Virus record (IMG/VR): IMGVR_UViG_3300018875_000003
Coordinates: 32,001 to 96,000 of that record
Reading direction: 5' to 3' (one strand)
Length of the DNA: 64,000 nucleotides
Source of the DNA: a virus
The notes under the pieces are model-generated. The model did not search any database, was not told the DNA's origin, and worked only from the letters and a program-made list of their open reading frames with translations. This document shows, piece after piece, positions 47,797 through 57,369 of the stretch (position 1 is the first letter of the stretch; each line of letters opens with the position of its first letter). Made by a program: the position numbers and the translations under genes.

Positions 47797-48156
47797 ATGG
47801 AATTAATGAGTGGTTATCATTATCGTCCACCTGGCGAGTTCCAGGCACAAATCAACCGAACAAAAGCAAAAAACGGCGGCTTTCCAGGATGCTGGACAAC
47901 GCAAGAAGGACTGGTTCTTCTTCCACAGAATATGCGTGATGGACATCTTTTAAACTCCATTGCCATGACAGAGCGACGCTATATCGATAAGATGGGTATT
48001 CCTAATATCCGATCGATTGCCACGAAAGTTATCAATGGCACGTATAACAACAGTTATCAAGATCACCACATCCGAGAAGTCGTTCGCTCACTACGAAAAA
48101 GCCGAACCTATATTAATATGCTGAAAGAAGCCAGGGATCGGGGGATATTGGAATGA
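47797..48156 (+). CDS. Hypothetical protein
   Basis: GAGGTGA RBS; MELMSGY; WTT.EG..M...HL.N motif. Confidence 0.65.
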   Translation: MELMSGYHYRPPGEFQAQINRTKAKNGGFPGCWTTQEGLVLLPQNMRDGHLLNSIAMTERRYIDKMGIPNIRSIATKVINGTYNNSYQDHHIREVVRSLRKSRTYINMLKEARDRGILE

Positions 48157-48491
48157 AGCAGAAGTTTAACTTTGATCATATTCATCGGATGGCCGCCGAT
48201 ATTCCACCGATCGGACAGACGGACGTAGAATATGCAAATCAGACGATGAAGGTTTTTAACGTCATTTTAAACCATGACGAAGCAAACGATGAGATGATCG
48301 ACAACGTGGACATTGAAGGCATTCGCCGCGCTTTCGACATCGTTAACTACTCGACGACATGCGAAGATGATATCGAGGAGGGAACTTCTGATAGTCTCCG
48401 TGAAAGTCTATACCAACATGTTTACGTCCGCGGATACTTAGAGGAGCTTCTGTCTATGGCTCCCGTCCAGCCTGTCGTCAAGTTTTTCTGA
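48153..48491 (+). CDS. Hypothetical protein
   Basis: ATGA overlap. Confidence 0.6.
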   Translation: MKQKFNFDHIHRMAADIPPIGQTDVEYANQTMKVFNVILNHDEANDEMIDNVDIEGIRRAFDIVNYSTTCEDDIEEGTSDSLRESLYQHVYVRGYLEELLSMAPVQPVVKFF

Positions 48492-48504
48492 AGGAGGTTT
48501 TACC

Positions 48505-49044
48505 ATGCACGAAGTCGGTTATTTGTCCGGTTATGAGGAGAAGGAGTACTGGCTGAATCAAATAGACGCCTTGGCGATCATGAAACTATGCCGTCTTTAT
48601 AACGTGGAAATCGAGGAAAACGAGTATGCTCTTTGCTCTCGCGCAGATGATGGCCATGTCATTACGTTTTTCCGGAAGACGATGGCTAAAATCCTTGACC
48701 CTTACGCATACGTTCATCCATATGAGGACGATACACATCCCAACAGCATTCTGGATATTACATTTCATTTCAGGGATGATCTTACGGAAGAGGAGAAGAA
48801 GATCGCTGAAGAAATGAAGAAGGGTATTCACCATGCCTTCGATGATCTATCCTACGAATATTGGGATGAATGGGAAGGCGATCGTTTATCGATACGCGCT
48901 GATTTTTACGTAGGATACGGCGTTGCTGCTATTAAATTTATGGAAGATTTCAACAAGTTAAAGAAATACTTAAAGGAGGTGCCTTCCGATGTCTACGATA
49001 ATGATCGAATTACATCCGGAGAAGCTGCCGCTTCTGATCATTGA
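48505..49044 (+). CDS. Hypothetical acidic protein upstream of E2
   Basis: AAGGAGG RBS. Confidence 0.65.
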   Translation: MHEVGYLSGYEEKEYWLNQIDALAIMKLCRLYNVEIEENEYALCSRADDGHVITFFRKTMAKILDPYAYVHPYEDDTHPNSILDITFHFRDDLTEEEKKIAEEMKKGIHHAFDDLSYEYWDEWEGDRLSIRADFYVGYGVAAIKFMEDFNKLKKYLKEVPSDVYDNDRITSGEAAASDH

Positions 49045-49666
49045 GGAGGACGGCAATAAAACCAGCAAATACGTGTACGCAGATCAAATCATTCACATGC
49101 TTACGTCTTCGGTGGATGAGAATATCGCGGCTCTCAATGATGAGGTGACGCTTTCGTCTCCGGCGCTGCCGCCTGGGACAGTAAAGTATTCGAAGTCTGC
49201 GCGAGGGAAAGATTACTTCTTCATGACTGTCGATGAAGTAACGCATGACATTCAGTATAACGAGTTTTCGTTTGAAGGCGTATCATACCCCAAAATGGTG
49301 TTTGCTTTTGCTGTTGCCGGCAAGCAGCTTGTGGGAGCTTCCTGTGCAACGTATAAGGACACCTTTCTCCGAGATAAAACGGAGTTATTCCGCTTTCCTT
49401 ATTCCAATGTCCACTCTGATGGCAAGCTCTGCTATTTCACGAATGAGCCGGTTCACGATCTCGTTCAGCTGCAGACGTTTCCTTATCAGTGGAGAGACGT
49501 AAAGAATAATGATCACATTTACTTTGCCGGACAGACCAATCAGCTCAAAGACACGCTGTTCAATGTCTACAAGCGGTTTGAAGGGCAGCCTTTCGATTAC
49601 AACATCTTAACCCCGATGCAGAAGTCATTTGATACATGGGCGCAGGAATTTATTAGAGCCAACTAG
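48989..49666 (+). CDS. Prokaryotic E2-like protein (Prok-E2 family D / PRTRC-B-like)
   Basis: LPPG, YP.MVF, LFRFPYSNV..DGKLC; adjacent to Ubl and ThiF. Confidence 0.7.
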   Translation: MSTIMIELHPEKLPLLIIEEDGNKTSKYVYADQIIHMLTSSVDENIAALNDEVTLSSPALPPGTVKYSKSARGKDYFFMTVDEVTHDIQYNEFSFEGVSYPKMVFAFAVAGKQLVGASCATYKDTFLRDKTELFRFPYSNVHSDGKLCYFTNEPVHDLVQLQTFPYQWRDVKNNDHIYFAGQTNQLKDTLFNVYKRFEGQPFDYNILTPMQKSFDTWAQEFIRAN

Positions 49667-49677
49667 GAGGAGATCAC

Positions 49678-50112
49678 ATGGAATTTTCACAAGAGCAAGA
49701 AAACAAAGACCTGGAGCAGCAGAAGCAAATCGATTATTTGAAGCAGGCGGTTGAGCCGGATCCCGAGGATGAAGAAGGCGGCGATGATGCTGCCGGCAAT
49801 ACTGCCGAGGAAGAAGATGTGGAGCTCGACTTGTTCGGGCAGCCGATTCAATCTACTCGGAAGTCTAAGCCGAAGCCAAAGGTCAACGCGGAGAAGCCAG
49901 CAAGTAAAGATGAGAAGTATGGCACCGATTGGATATGCCTGGTGTACGACCAGCGGATTCCTGTTCCGGAAGATGATATGACTCTGGATAAGATTCGTCA
50001 CTTCTTGGAAATGGACTATCCTCAGTTTTCCAAGGATCGCACCGAAATGATGGTGGACAAGGCTCAGAAGTATATCATTCCGAACGTGGCCAAAGCACCG
50101 AAGAAGGGGTGA
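49678..50112 (+). CDS. Ubiquitin-like protein with acidic disordered N-terminus
   Basis: C-term domain P..DMTLDKIR.FL..DYPQF ending KKG; between E2 and E1. Confidence 0.6.
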   Translation: MEFSQEQENKDLEQQKQIDYLKQAVEPDPEDEEGGDDAAGNTAEEEDVELDLFGQPIQSTRKSKPKPKVNAEKPASKDEKYGTDWICLVYDQRIPVPEDDMTLDKIRHFLEMDYPQFSKDRTEMMVDKAQKYIIPNVAKAPKKG

Positions 50113-50116
50113 TCTT

Positions 50117-50917
50117 ATGCTCAGCATTGCGCTTGCGGACAAAAACACCAGCTTTAATATCGTGCAGATCGGTGTCGGCGGCAATGGGGGATACCTGACT
50201 CAGCGGCTCTCCAAGATGCTGTATTCATTCAAGCAAGGGGACGGCCTATTCCGGTTCAAATACACGTTGGTAGATGGCGATCGCTTCGAGCGCAAGAATC
50301 TGCTTCGACAGCCTTGCATCGAGGATGACATGGGTATGGTGAAATCCCGTGTCCTGGCCGAGCGATACGGCATCACCTACAACATCCCGATGTATTTCAG
50401 GGATACGTATATTGAGTCGGTCGATCATATCAAAGAAGCCTTCGGCAGCAGTTCTTCTTCCGATGAGCTGGATATCCTGATCGGCTGCGTGGATAACCAT
50501 GCGTCCAGACGAATCATGCACGAATACTTCCATCAGCACACCGGCAATATTCTTTACATCGATAGCGGCATATCAGCCTACGATGAGAGTGATCCGATGT
50601 CTGGCTATTCCGGACAGGTCGTGTGCGGTTTGAAACTCAAAGGGAAGCTCATTTTGGAATCGGTAGGCGATCTGTTCGAGGATGTGCTGACCGAGACCGA
50701 ATCGAAGCTGCCGACCGAATCCTGCGGCGATGTGGTCTTCTATGAGCCGCAGCGGATGATTACGAACGAGATGGCTGCACTGACCATGGCAGGCCATTTA
50801 AACAGCGTAATGGGCTCCTATTCGTTGTTCGGACACGTCACGTATTTCAATGCGCTTACGATGCTGTCCAGAACGGAGTACATCACACAAGAAGATGTCC
50901 TTTTGGCAACAAATTGA
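50117..50917 (+). CDS. ThiF/E1-like adenylating enzyme
   Basis: QIGVGGNGG, DGD.FE.KNL.RQ, GCVDN..SR, ESCG..Q..N. Confidence 0.88.
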   Translation: MLSIALADKNTSFNIVQIGVGGNGGYLTQRLSKMLYSFKQGDGLFRFKYTLVDGDRFERKNLLRQPCIEDDMGMVKSRVLAERYGITYNIPMYFRDTYIESVDHIKEAFGSSSSSDELDILIGCVDNHASRRIMHEYFHQHTGNILYIDSGISAYDESDPMSGYSGQVVCGLKLKGKLILESVGDLFEDVLTETESKLPTESCGDVVFYEPQRMITNEMAALTMAGHLNSVMGSYSLFGHVTYFNALTMLSRTEYITQEDVLLATN

Positions 50918-51020
50918 ATGATAACCTGCGGAATCTTTCGTATTCTGCAGGTTATTTCTGTTTATTCGGGCCTATTCGCTCTATAATGTAACGTGTTACA
51001 ATATTTATAGTTTTTTATTT

Positions 51021-51058
51021 TGTAACGCGTTGCAAAACATAGGGTAAAATGCTATGAT
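51021..51058 (+). promoter_or_regulatory. SigA-type promoter with two nearby operators (50987-51000, 51021-51034)
   Basis: TTGCAA-17-TATGAT; TGTAACGTGTTACA and TGTAACGCGTTGCA. Confidence 0.6.
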
Positions 51059-51095
51059 AAGCTACGACAACCGAACAAAGCGAGGTGGAAACAGA

Positions 51096-51800
51096 ATGAA
51101 AGATCGCAGATTTTATGCGACCGGCGTCATTAATGTCCTTCTTGCTGCCGCACTTGTTACTAACGCCCAAGAGGCACATAGTAGCTTGCAACAAAAGCAC
51201 AACACGATACATGACTTAAACCAGACTGTCGATAAGCAGCAGCAAACGATCGACAACCAGCAGAAGGAGCTGGCCGATCAGAAAAAGCTGGCGCAGGAAA
51301 ACAACGATCTGGTCTACAAACTCAATCTTCTCAAGGAGAAGAGGGAAGAGGATCAGAGCAAGTTTGATCGACAACTGGAAGCGCAAAATCGTTTGTTCAC
51401 TCAGAAGATTGAGAAGCTTTCGGGCGAAAAAGAACAAGCAAAGCAAAGTACGATTGCTATGCCTACAAAGCTAGGTGAAAGCAGTCGTGCCGGTTCGTCT
51501 TATTTGGCTACGTACTATGATTTAGGCGTTGCATCAACAGGTAAGAGACCTGGAGATAACGGTTATGGAATTACCCGCAGCGGACGCTATGTAGAATCAG
51601 GCGTTACGATTGCAGTAGATCCATCCGTCATTCCTCTGGGTTCATGGGTCGAAGTCGTGTATCCAGACGGCAGAAAAGAGAGACGACGTGCTGACGATAC
51701 GGGTCGTTTGATCAAAGGTCATCACATCGATATCTATGTTCCTGATGCGTCAGGGTACGGAAGAGACACTGTTAAAGTCCGGGTGCTTTCGCTCCCGTAG
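51096..51800 (+). CDS. Secreted coiled-coil + 3D-domain cell-wall protein
   Basis: Signal/TM; ATYY..GITRSG..IAVDPSVIPLGS..ADDTG..IKGHHIDIY. Confidence 0.85.
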   Translation: MKDRRFYATGVINVLLAAALVTNAQEAHSSLQQKHNTIHDLNQTVDKQQQTIDNQQKELADQKKLAQENNDLVYKLNLLKEKREEDQSKFDRQLEAQNRLFTQKIEKLSGEKEQAKQSTIAMPTKLGESSRAGSSYLATYYDLGVASTGKRPGDNGYGITRSGRYVESGVTIAVDPSVIPLGSWVEVVYPDGRKERRRADDTGRLIKGHHIDIYVPDASGYGRDTVKVRVLSLP

Positions 51801-51844
51801 TCATAAGTTTGAGGAGAAGTTATCTGTTTGAAGGAGGAAGCAAC

Positions 51845-52084
51845 ATGATGGAAGGGCAAGGAGATTTATTCAACGATCTTGTTCCACCGGCGAGAAATGA
51901 AGAGCCAGCAGCACATGCTCCGCTGGAAAGAGAAGACTTACTGCGTACTGCATTTGTACTCAGCAATGTGCTGCTTAATGTTTTGATCGAGAAAGGCATC
52001 ATTACTGAGGCCGAATCGAACGATCTTTTGGGCGCAGCGCTGAAGGAATACCAAAAGAAGGTGAAGCTGAATGAAAACTCTTAA
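51845..52084 (+). CDS. Hypothetical protein
   Basis: AAGGAGG RBS; LIEKGIITE.E. Confidence 0.65.
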   Translation: MMEGQGDLFNDLVPPARNEEPAAHAPLEREDLLRTAFVLSNVLLNVLIEKGIITEAESNDLLGAALKEYQKKVKLNENS

Positions 52085-52409
52085 TGATTTGCGCGAAATT
52101 GTAACGCATTTCTCTTTGCAGCTAGAAAAAAACGAGCATGCAAGTGATGTTACGATCGCCGGCAAAATCACTTCAGTTCATCCGGCTCCGCTCCCGATTA
52201 ACGAGGGCGAGTCTGCAATGTATTCGTTTATGCTTGATGATTACATAGGGGAGACCCGTGTATACATCAGCCAGGAAGGATATGAGGAGTTCAGTTCGCT
52301 GATTCATCCCGGGCAATTCGTTCGGATCGATGGCGTGCTGAATGTCATCGATAGACTGCCGCAAAAGGAGTGCTCTGTCGTTGCTTACGATATGAGCCTA
52401 TTGCAATGA
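52071..52409 (+). CDS. OB-fold protein (DnaE C-terminal-like)
   Basis: VTIAGKIT..M..FMLDD..G...V. Confidence 0.65.
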   Translation: MKTLNDLREIVTHFSLQLEKNEHASDVTIAGKITSVHPAPLPINEGESAMYSFMLDDYIGETRVYISQEGYEEFSSLIHPGQFVRIDGVLNVIDRLPQKECSVVAYDMSLLQ

Positions 52410-52585
52410 GGAATGTACTGGTTTTTCCAGACGGCACCGAGCAGGATTTTATGTATCCTCCGGACCGCGATGTCACTGTCGGAGAGAAGTTGGTTTTGCA
52501 AATGACAGACAATTCGGAACACCACTTTGTTGTGGCTGAAATCGTGCATGAAGCAAAACGGATTCTCTACAAGCTGTCGTATTAG
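52406..52585 (+). CDS. Hypothetical small protein
   Basis: ATGA overlap; MRNVLVFPDGTEQDFMYP. Confidence 0.55.
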   Translation: MRNVLVFPDGTEQDFMYPPDRDVTVGEKLVLQMTDNSEHHFVVAEIVHEAKRILYKLSY

Positions 52586-52613
52586 GTCGCTGACGCTCCG
52601 TTGGCTTCTTGAA
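52585..52613 (+). promoter_or_regulatory. Hairpin-GGCT element copy 6 (upstream of ssb-recA)
   Basis: ggtcgcTGACgctcc-gtt-GGCT-tctTGAa. Confidence 0.55.
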
Positions 52614-52646
52614 AATTTATATTAAACACTATGAGGAGGACTTCAC

Positions 52647-53444
52647 ATGTCTAACTATCAAAATAACGGTCAAGGTAATGGTCAAAGTAATAACAGCGCT
52701 CCGTCCCACGTCGAAATCGAAATCATCGCCAACCTGGCAACAGTCAAAGATCCACAGAATCCTAACGGCGAACGTGTCCATGCTTACGCGAAACAAGTCG
52801 GCCAAAGCAAGGTAGCTAACGCCAGCATCGCGGTCAACTTGCAAGGTCAAGACGAGCCGGATTACTGGAACCTGGAAATCTGGGCAAACGGCGAGCGCGA
52901 TGGTAACTTCAACTTCCTGATGGATCACTGCTTCAAGGGTCGCCAGGTGTTCATCAAAGGTATTCCGATGCTCAAGAAGAACGCAGAGGGGCGCATGTTC
53001 CCGACCATCAAAGTTAACTACATCAAAGGTCTGGGCTCCAACGCACAGGGTGGAAACGGCGGCAGCGGCGGTGGACAACAGCAAAGTGGGCAACAACAAG
53101 GCGGATACGGCCAGCAACAAGGCTATGGTCAGCAACAGCAGCAAGGCTATGGTCAGCAGCAGGGAGGATTCCAGCAGCAGCCGCCAGCTCAAGGTGGATT
53201 CCAACAACAAGCCGGATATCAGCAGTCCGCAGCTGGGCAGCAACAAGGTTTCCAACAGCAGCCGCCAGCTGGTCAACCAGCTGCAGGTCAATGGGGCAAC
53301 CAACAAGGCTACCAGCAGCAGCAAAATGGCTTCGCAGGCGGTCAGGCTCCTGGCCAAGCTCCTGGACAAGGCTACGGCGCTCCACAAACCGCTGGTGCTC
53401 CGAATGGAAACTTCCAAGCTCCATTTGGCGGCCCACAACGTTAA
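52647..53444 (+). CDS. ssb: Single-stranded DNA-binding protein with Q/G-rich tail
   Basis: OB fold VAN.SIAVN..YWNLEIW..KGRQVFIKG; next to recA. Confidence 0.8.
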   Translation: MSNYQNNGQGNGQSNNSAPSHVEIEIIANLATVKDPQNPNGERVHAYAKQVGQSKVANASIAVNLQGQDEPDYWNLEIWANGERDGNFNFLMDHCFKGRQVFIKGIPMLKKNAEGRMFPTIKVNYIKGLGSNAQGGNGGSGGGQQQSGQQQGGYGQQQGYGQQQQQGYGQQQGGFQQQPPAQGGFQQQAGYQQSAAGQQQGFQQQPPAGQPAAGQWGNQQGYQQQQNGFAGGQAPGQAPGQGYGAPQTAGAPNGNFQAPFGGPQR

Positions 53445-53465
53445 TCAGTAAGCAGGTGATGCACT

Positions 53466-53840
53466 ATGTCTCAGCATAAACCTGCAGAAGCCTTTAAGCG
53501 CTTCCTGCACGGCATCTTCGCCTTTTATCGAGATAAGGGGATGAACGTGCAGGGAGCAAAAGGCCGAATGTATGAGGAATCCCTCGACAGCATCTATGAA
53601 ATGATGAAGTCCGAGGAAGACATCCCTGATCATTCGACCGTGATTTCTGCACAGTTCGCAGTCCGGACGCTTCAGGCTCGCGGCCAAGCGTTAACCAAAC
53701 AATTAGAGTCCGCTATAGCGGCCGGAGATGAACAGTTGATCGCAACACTCCGAGTCGCTATAAGCGACTTGCATAAGACAAGAGTCGCCCTTAACGACTT
53801 CATTGTCAATTATAAAGGGGTGTTCGATCATGGCAGGTAA
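53466..53840 (+). CDS. Hypothetical protein
   Basis: AGGTGA RBS. Confidence 0.65.
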   Translation: MSQHKPAEAFKRFLHGIFAFYRDKGMNVQGAKGRMYEESLDSIYEMMKSEEDIPDHSTVISAQFAVRTLQARGQALTKQLESAIAAGDEQLIATLRVAISDLHKTRVALNDFIVNYKGVFDHGR

Positions 53841-55020
53841 AGCAACAGCAGAGAAAAAAGCAGCCACAGAGAAAAAATCGCCAACGATGATGGATAACAA
53901 AGCCATCCAAGCGGACTTCAACAAGCGCTTTGGCGAAGGCACATTCTTCACTCTTGGCGGCAGCGATCGGGCAAAGGTTACACCGATCCCTACCGGTATT
54001 CCGACCCTGGATTATTGCAGTGGCATCGGTGGTATTCCCTCCGGTCGAATCATTGAGATTTACGGCGCAGAGTCTTCGGGTAAAACCAGCCTGTGCCTCA
54101 TGGTTGCCGCAGAGTTTCAGAAGCTTGCGAGACTTCCAGGTCCGTTCTTCGGAAAGAAAGTCGGCTTCATCGATGCAGAGCACGCACTTGATCCGCTTCA
54201 CGTTCAGAATCTGGGCGTTGACGTTTCTCCGGAGACAGGTATGCTGATCAATCAGCCGGAGACCGGAGAAGGCGCATTTGATTTGATGGAAGCCATGTGC
54301 CAATCTGGACAGTTTGGCTTGGTCATTGTCGATTCAGCTGCAGCACTCGTGCCGCTGGCGGAAGTCGAGAATGATATGGAGTATAACCCGATTGGTTTGC
54401 AAGCTCGCATGTTGGGTAAAGGTTTGCGTAAGCTAAAAGGGCCTGCGCATACAACAAATACGGCATTTATCTTTATCAACCAGCTGCGTGAGAAGCCAGG
54501 CATGAAGGGTATGGTAGTTAATACAACACCAGGCGGTAAAGCACTGCGGTTCTACGCATCTATGCGTATGGAAGTGAAAGCAACCAAGATCGTCAAGAGC
54601 AATACCGAGTTGGGTCTTGCAACAACAGTGAAGATCGTCAAAAACAAAGTTGCCGTTCCGTTTACGACAGCCGAGTATGATTACTACTGGATCGGAGGTG
54701 TCGATCGAGTCAAAAACATCATGGATGTTGCCGTAGACCTGGGCGTCATCCATCAGCGCGGTGCGTACTACTTCTATGGTCCGGATCCATCCGACAGCAA
54801 GAACGTCTACAAAGACGGTGCAGGCAACGAATTGAAATGGCAAGGCAAAGATGCTTTGCTGGAAGCTCTCCGTGTCAGTCCGGCATTGTATGAGTACACG
54901 AACGACCTTGTTCTGGGTAAGATTCCAAGCGACACAGTTTTTGTGGACGAGTCTGCGGATTCGGAAGAAGAACTGAAAGACGAGGAAGGCGCAACCGAAG
55001 AAGAAATGACTTTAATCTAA
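53830..55020 (+). CDS. recA: RecA recombinase
   Basis: GRIIEIYGAESSGKT, FIDAEHALDP, VDSAAALVP, FINQLR, TPGGKALRFYAS. Confidence 0.95.
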   Translation: MAGKATAEKKAATEKKSPTMMDNKAIQADFNKRFGEGTFFTLGGSDRAKVTPIPTGIPTLDYCSGIGGIPSGRIIEIYGAESSGKTSLCLMVAAEFQKLARLPGPFFGKKVGFIDAEHALDPLHVQNLGVDVSPETGMLINQPETGEGAFDLMEAMCQSGQFGLVIVDSAAALVPLAEVENDMEYNPIGLQARMLGKGLRKLKGPAHTTNTAFIFINQLREKPGMKGMVVNTTPGGKALRFYASMRMEVKATKIVKSNTELGLATTVKIVKNKVAVPFTTAEYDYYWIGGVDRVKNIMDVAVDLGVIHQRGAYYFYGPDPSDSKNVYKDGAGNELKWQGKDALLEALRVSPALYEYTNDLVLGKIPSDTVFVDESADSEEELKDEEGATEEEMTLI

Positions 55021-55037
55021 AATAGGGAGTGGTTGAA

Positions 55038-55616
55038 ATGGCAGCGGCCGAAAGACCTGTCTACTTTGATGAATTACTTCATGAAATGCCGCAGGAGTGT
55101 ATGTTGCAGCAATCGCACGATATTCTGCGTCAAAGCATTCAAAACTGCAGAATGTGTCCGCTTGCTAAACTTACCAAGCCGCTGCCTCTCAGCAACTTTG
55201 ATGCGTCCATCATGATCGTCGGGGAAACTCCCGGCGATGTGCTTTTTGATGGGGATCAGGGCAAAAAGCTTGGTAAGCTTTTAGTGGAGACGGGCATTGA
55301 TCTGAAAGACGTTTATTTGACTTCGCTTACGAAGTGCGCAGAGTCCTCCGATACGGAGCGTTGCACACATCATCTGACGAGCGAAATCTTGACTGTCCGG
55401 CCATCGATTGTGGTCTGCTTGGGTTACAAAGCATCAACCGCTGTAATGCAGCAGCCGCAGTTTGGCCAGTATGTTCAGATTACGCCCCACACTTACGCTC
55501 TTGCGACCTATTCATTTGCGGATGCGAAAGACGGCCAGGAATCTATGGTTTTCGACACGATTCAGGGGCAATTGAGTTATATATTAAATGTTTTGCGGGG
55601 GACGAAGACAGCATGA
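55038..55616 (+). CDS. Uracil-DNA glycosylase family 4-like protein (degenerate)
   Basis: CRMCPL, IVGETPG, VYLTSLTKC, VCLG. Confidence 0.7.
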   Translation: MAAAERPVYFDELLHEMPQECMLQQSHDILRQSIQNCRMCPLAKLTKPLPLSNFDASIMIVGETPGDVLFDGDQGKKLGKLLVETGIDLKDVYLTSLTKCAESSDTERCTHHLTSEILTVRPSIVVCLGYKASTAVMQQPQFGQYVQITPHTYALATYSFADAKDGQESMVFDTIQGQLSYILNVLRGTKTA

Positions 55617-55861
55617 TAAGGGATTTTACAATACACCAGGCAGCCCGGATACTTGGCGTCCATAAGGATACCATCAAGTACTGGGAAGAAAAAAACCTCA
55701 TCCCACCGGCCCGACGATCGATAAAAAAGAGTCTGCGTCACAGTTATCGCGTCTATAGCGTAGACGAGATCAAAGCCATTGCTAAGGTAAGAGGCATATA
55801 CGACGTTGAAGTGGATGCGGCAGTGCAGAATCTATTGAATGACAAGGCGAAGCTTTCGTAA
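55613..55861 (+). CDS. MerR-type HTH protein
   Basis: TIHQAARILGVHKDTIKYWE..LIPP.R..YRVYS. Confidence 0.8.
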   Translation: MIRDFTIHQAARILGVHKDTIKYWEEKNLIPPARRSIKKSLRHSYRVYSVDEIKAIAKVRGIYDVEVDAAVQNLLNDKAKLS

Positions 55862-55913
55862 GTTAATGACAGTAAGTATTTCAAATTTTTTTCAATTTCG
55901 TTCCATAATTTCG

Positions 55914-55942
55914 TTGACATGTTTTGATAGATTCTTTATAAT
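55914..55942 (+). promoter_or_regulatory. Consensus SigA promoter
   Basis: TTGACA-17-TATAAT. Confidence 0.8.
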
Positions 55943-56012
55943 CGAAAAAGTAAATCGGTAATCGATGGAAACGTGAGGATTCCAAAGAGATCGAGCAGGA
56001 GTGTGAGCTTTT

Positions 56013-56426
56013 ATGGAAATAAGACAGCTAGAGAGAAGACTTGCTGCGGATTACGCCAAGGTCATTAAAGCATCGACCGGTAGAGGTCCGTTAGATTGCA
56101 AGGTACGCATCGTGGATTCCGTAATCATCTTCCGTAGTAGGCTTGATTTCACAATGTTGGAGCAAACCATGTTTAGTCAGTTGAAGATATCTGGTGTTGT
56201 AGACGCTATGCTTGATCAATGGGCAGAGCAGTTGATGCCGATCCTCACCAAAATGGTGGAGCCTTTGCGACACGGAGTTCAAATCCAGCAAATCCAGTTG
56301 TCATCCGGCATTCCTAATTCTTATTGCGTCTGCGTATGTCACTTAAACATGGACCTTGAAAAAATGATACTTACCGAACCTTCTCTTGCTGGCGGTGTTC
56401 CCGCTCAAAGAGAAGCCTTTCATTAA
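56013..56426 (+). CDS. DUF2294 (MpsC-like) protein
   Basis: K..TGRGP..KV.I....I.......T.LE pattern. Confidence 0.6.
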   Translation: MEIRQLERRLAADYAKVIKASTGRGPLDCKVRIVDSVIIFRSRLDFTMLEQTMFSQLKISGVVDAMLDQWAEQLMPILTKMVEPLRHGVQIQQIQLSSGIPNSYCVCVCHLNMDLEKMILTEPSLAGGVPAQREAFH

Positions 56427-56711
56427 ACGATAAGCAATTAGCTGAAATAGTGATGTTCAGCTAGGGCTGGTCAGAAACCTATTACATTTTGGGTATACTG
56501 TCCGGCCTTTTTTATGCCTTAATCCTTCAAAAATTCGCGCAATCGTCAGCTTTTCGGAGTAATATGCCTCTTCCGCTATTGCCGCATACTTAAAATGCGG
56601 CGCATTCTATCTTTTCGCTTTGTAACGTGTTATAATATCGTTAACAAGTGGAGTAGTGTGCGTTGCTTTGTGCCAAAAGGCAATGCAAAATTGCGAGGGG
56701 GATGAACAATC

Positions 56712-57344
56712 GTGTCCGAAAATTATTTAGAAAGCCGCCTAACCAAGAATGAACTATTGGTCTACGAGTATATTAAGCAGAAATCGAGTATTACGGGTTC
56801 TGTTCATGAATCGATGGTGCAAATGGCTGAAAACATTAGTGCAATGTTTAAAGACCGCATCGCCGTTCGTAATGTGCGCTCAGTAGGCGGAGGTAAGGGA
56901 AAATCGGATCCCGCCATCAGTACAGCAACCGTTTCACGCGCAGTGAATCGTTTGAAGTCTGAAGGCATAATCGATATCAAACAATCACCAGATAGCTCAC
57001 AGCCAAACGAGTATGTCTTCCTGGGACTTCCCGATGAAGAGAAGCAAGTGTCTGACATCATGGACTTGGCCGACAAATTGAACAGCCACCTGCGCAGATT
57101 CGAAACCATGCTGAAGAATCGTGACAAAGAGATTCATCAGCTGAAAACAGAGAAAAAGCAGTTGTACTTTCAACTTGACGGCAAGAATGAAGAGATTCGA
57201 AGATTGAATCAGACACTGGAATCACTGCAGAATGATCTTAAACAGATCAACACGGGTGATTTCAATCCATTCACCGAGGGACAATTCCTTGGAATTACCG
57301 AAGTTGGCGAAGGAGTTCGAGCTTATCTTGTGAAAACTCATTAA
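56712..57344 (+). CDS. Winged-HTH regulator with coiled coil (candidate operator-binding repressor)
   Basis: ISTATVSRAVNRLKSEGII; operator-like TGTAACGTGTTATA over its -10 (56621-56634). Confidence 0.65.
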   Translation: MSENYLESRLTKNELLVYEYIKQKSSITGSVHESMVQMAENISAMFKDRIAVRNVRSVGGGKGKSDPAISTATVSRAVNRLKSEGIIDIKQSPDSSQPNEYVFLGLPDEEKQVSDIMDLADKLNSHLRRFETMLKNRDKEIHQLKTEKKQLYFQLDGKNEEIRRLNQTLESLQNDLKQINTGDFNPFTEGQFLGITEVGEGVRAYLVKTH

Positions 57345-57369
57345 GACCGCCAAGGGGGAACATGTCCAC

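Noticed and set aside
43109-52113. Operator-like sequences inside CDS (43109, 43283, 52100)
   Set aside because: 3-4 mismatches and all encode the Ile-Val-Thr peptide; probably coincidental
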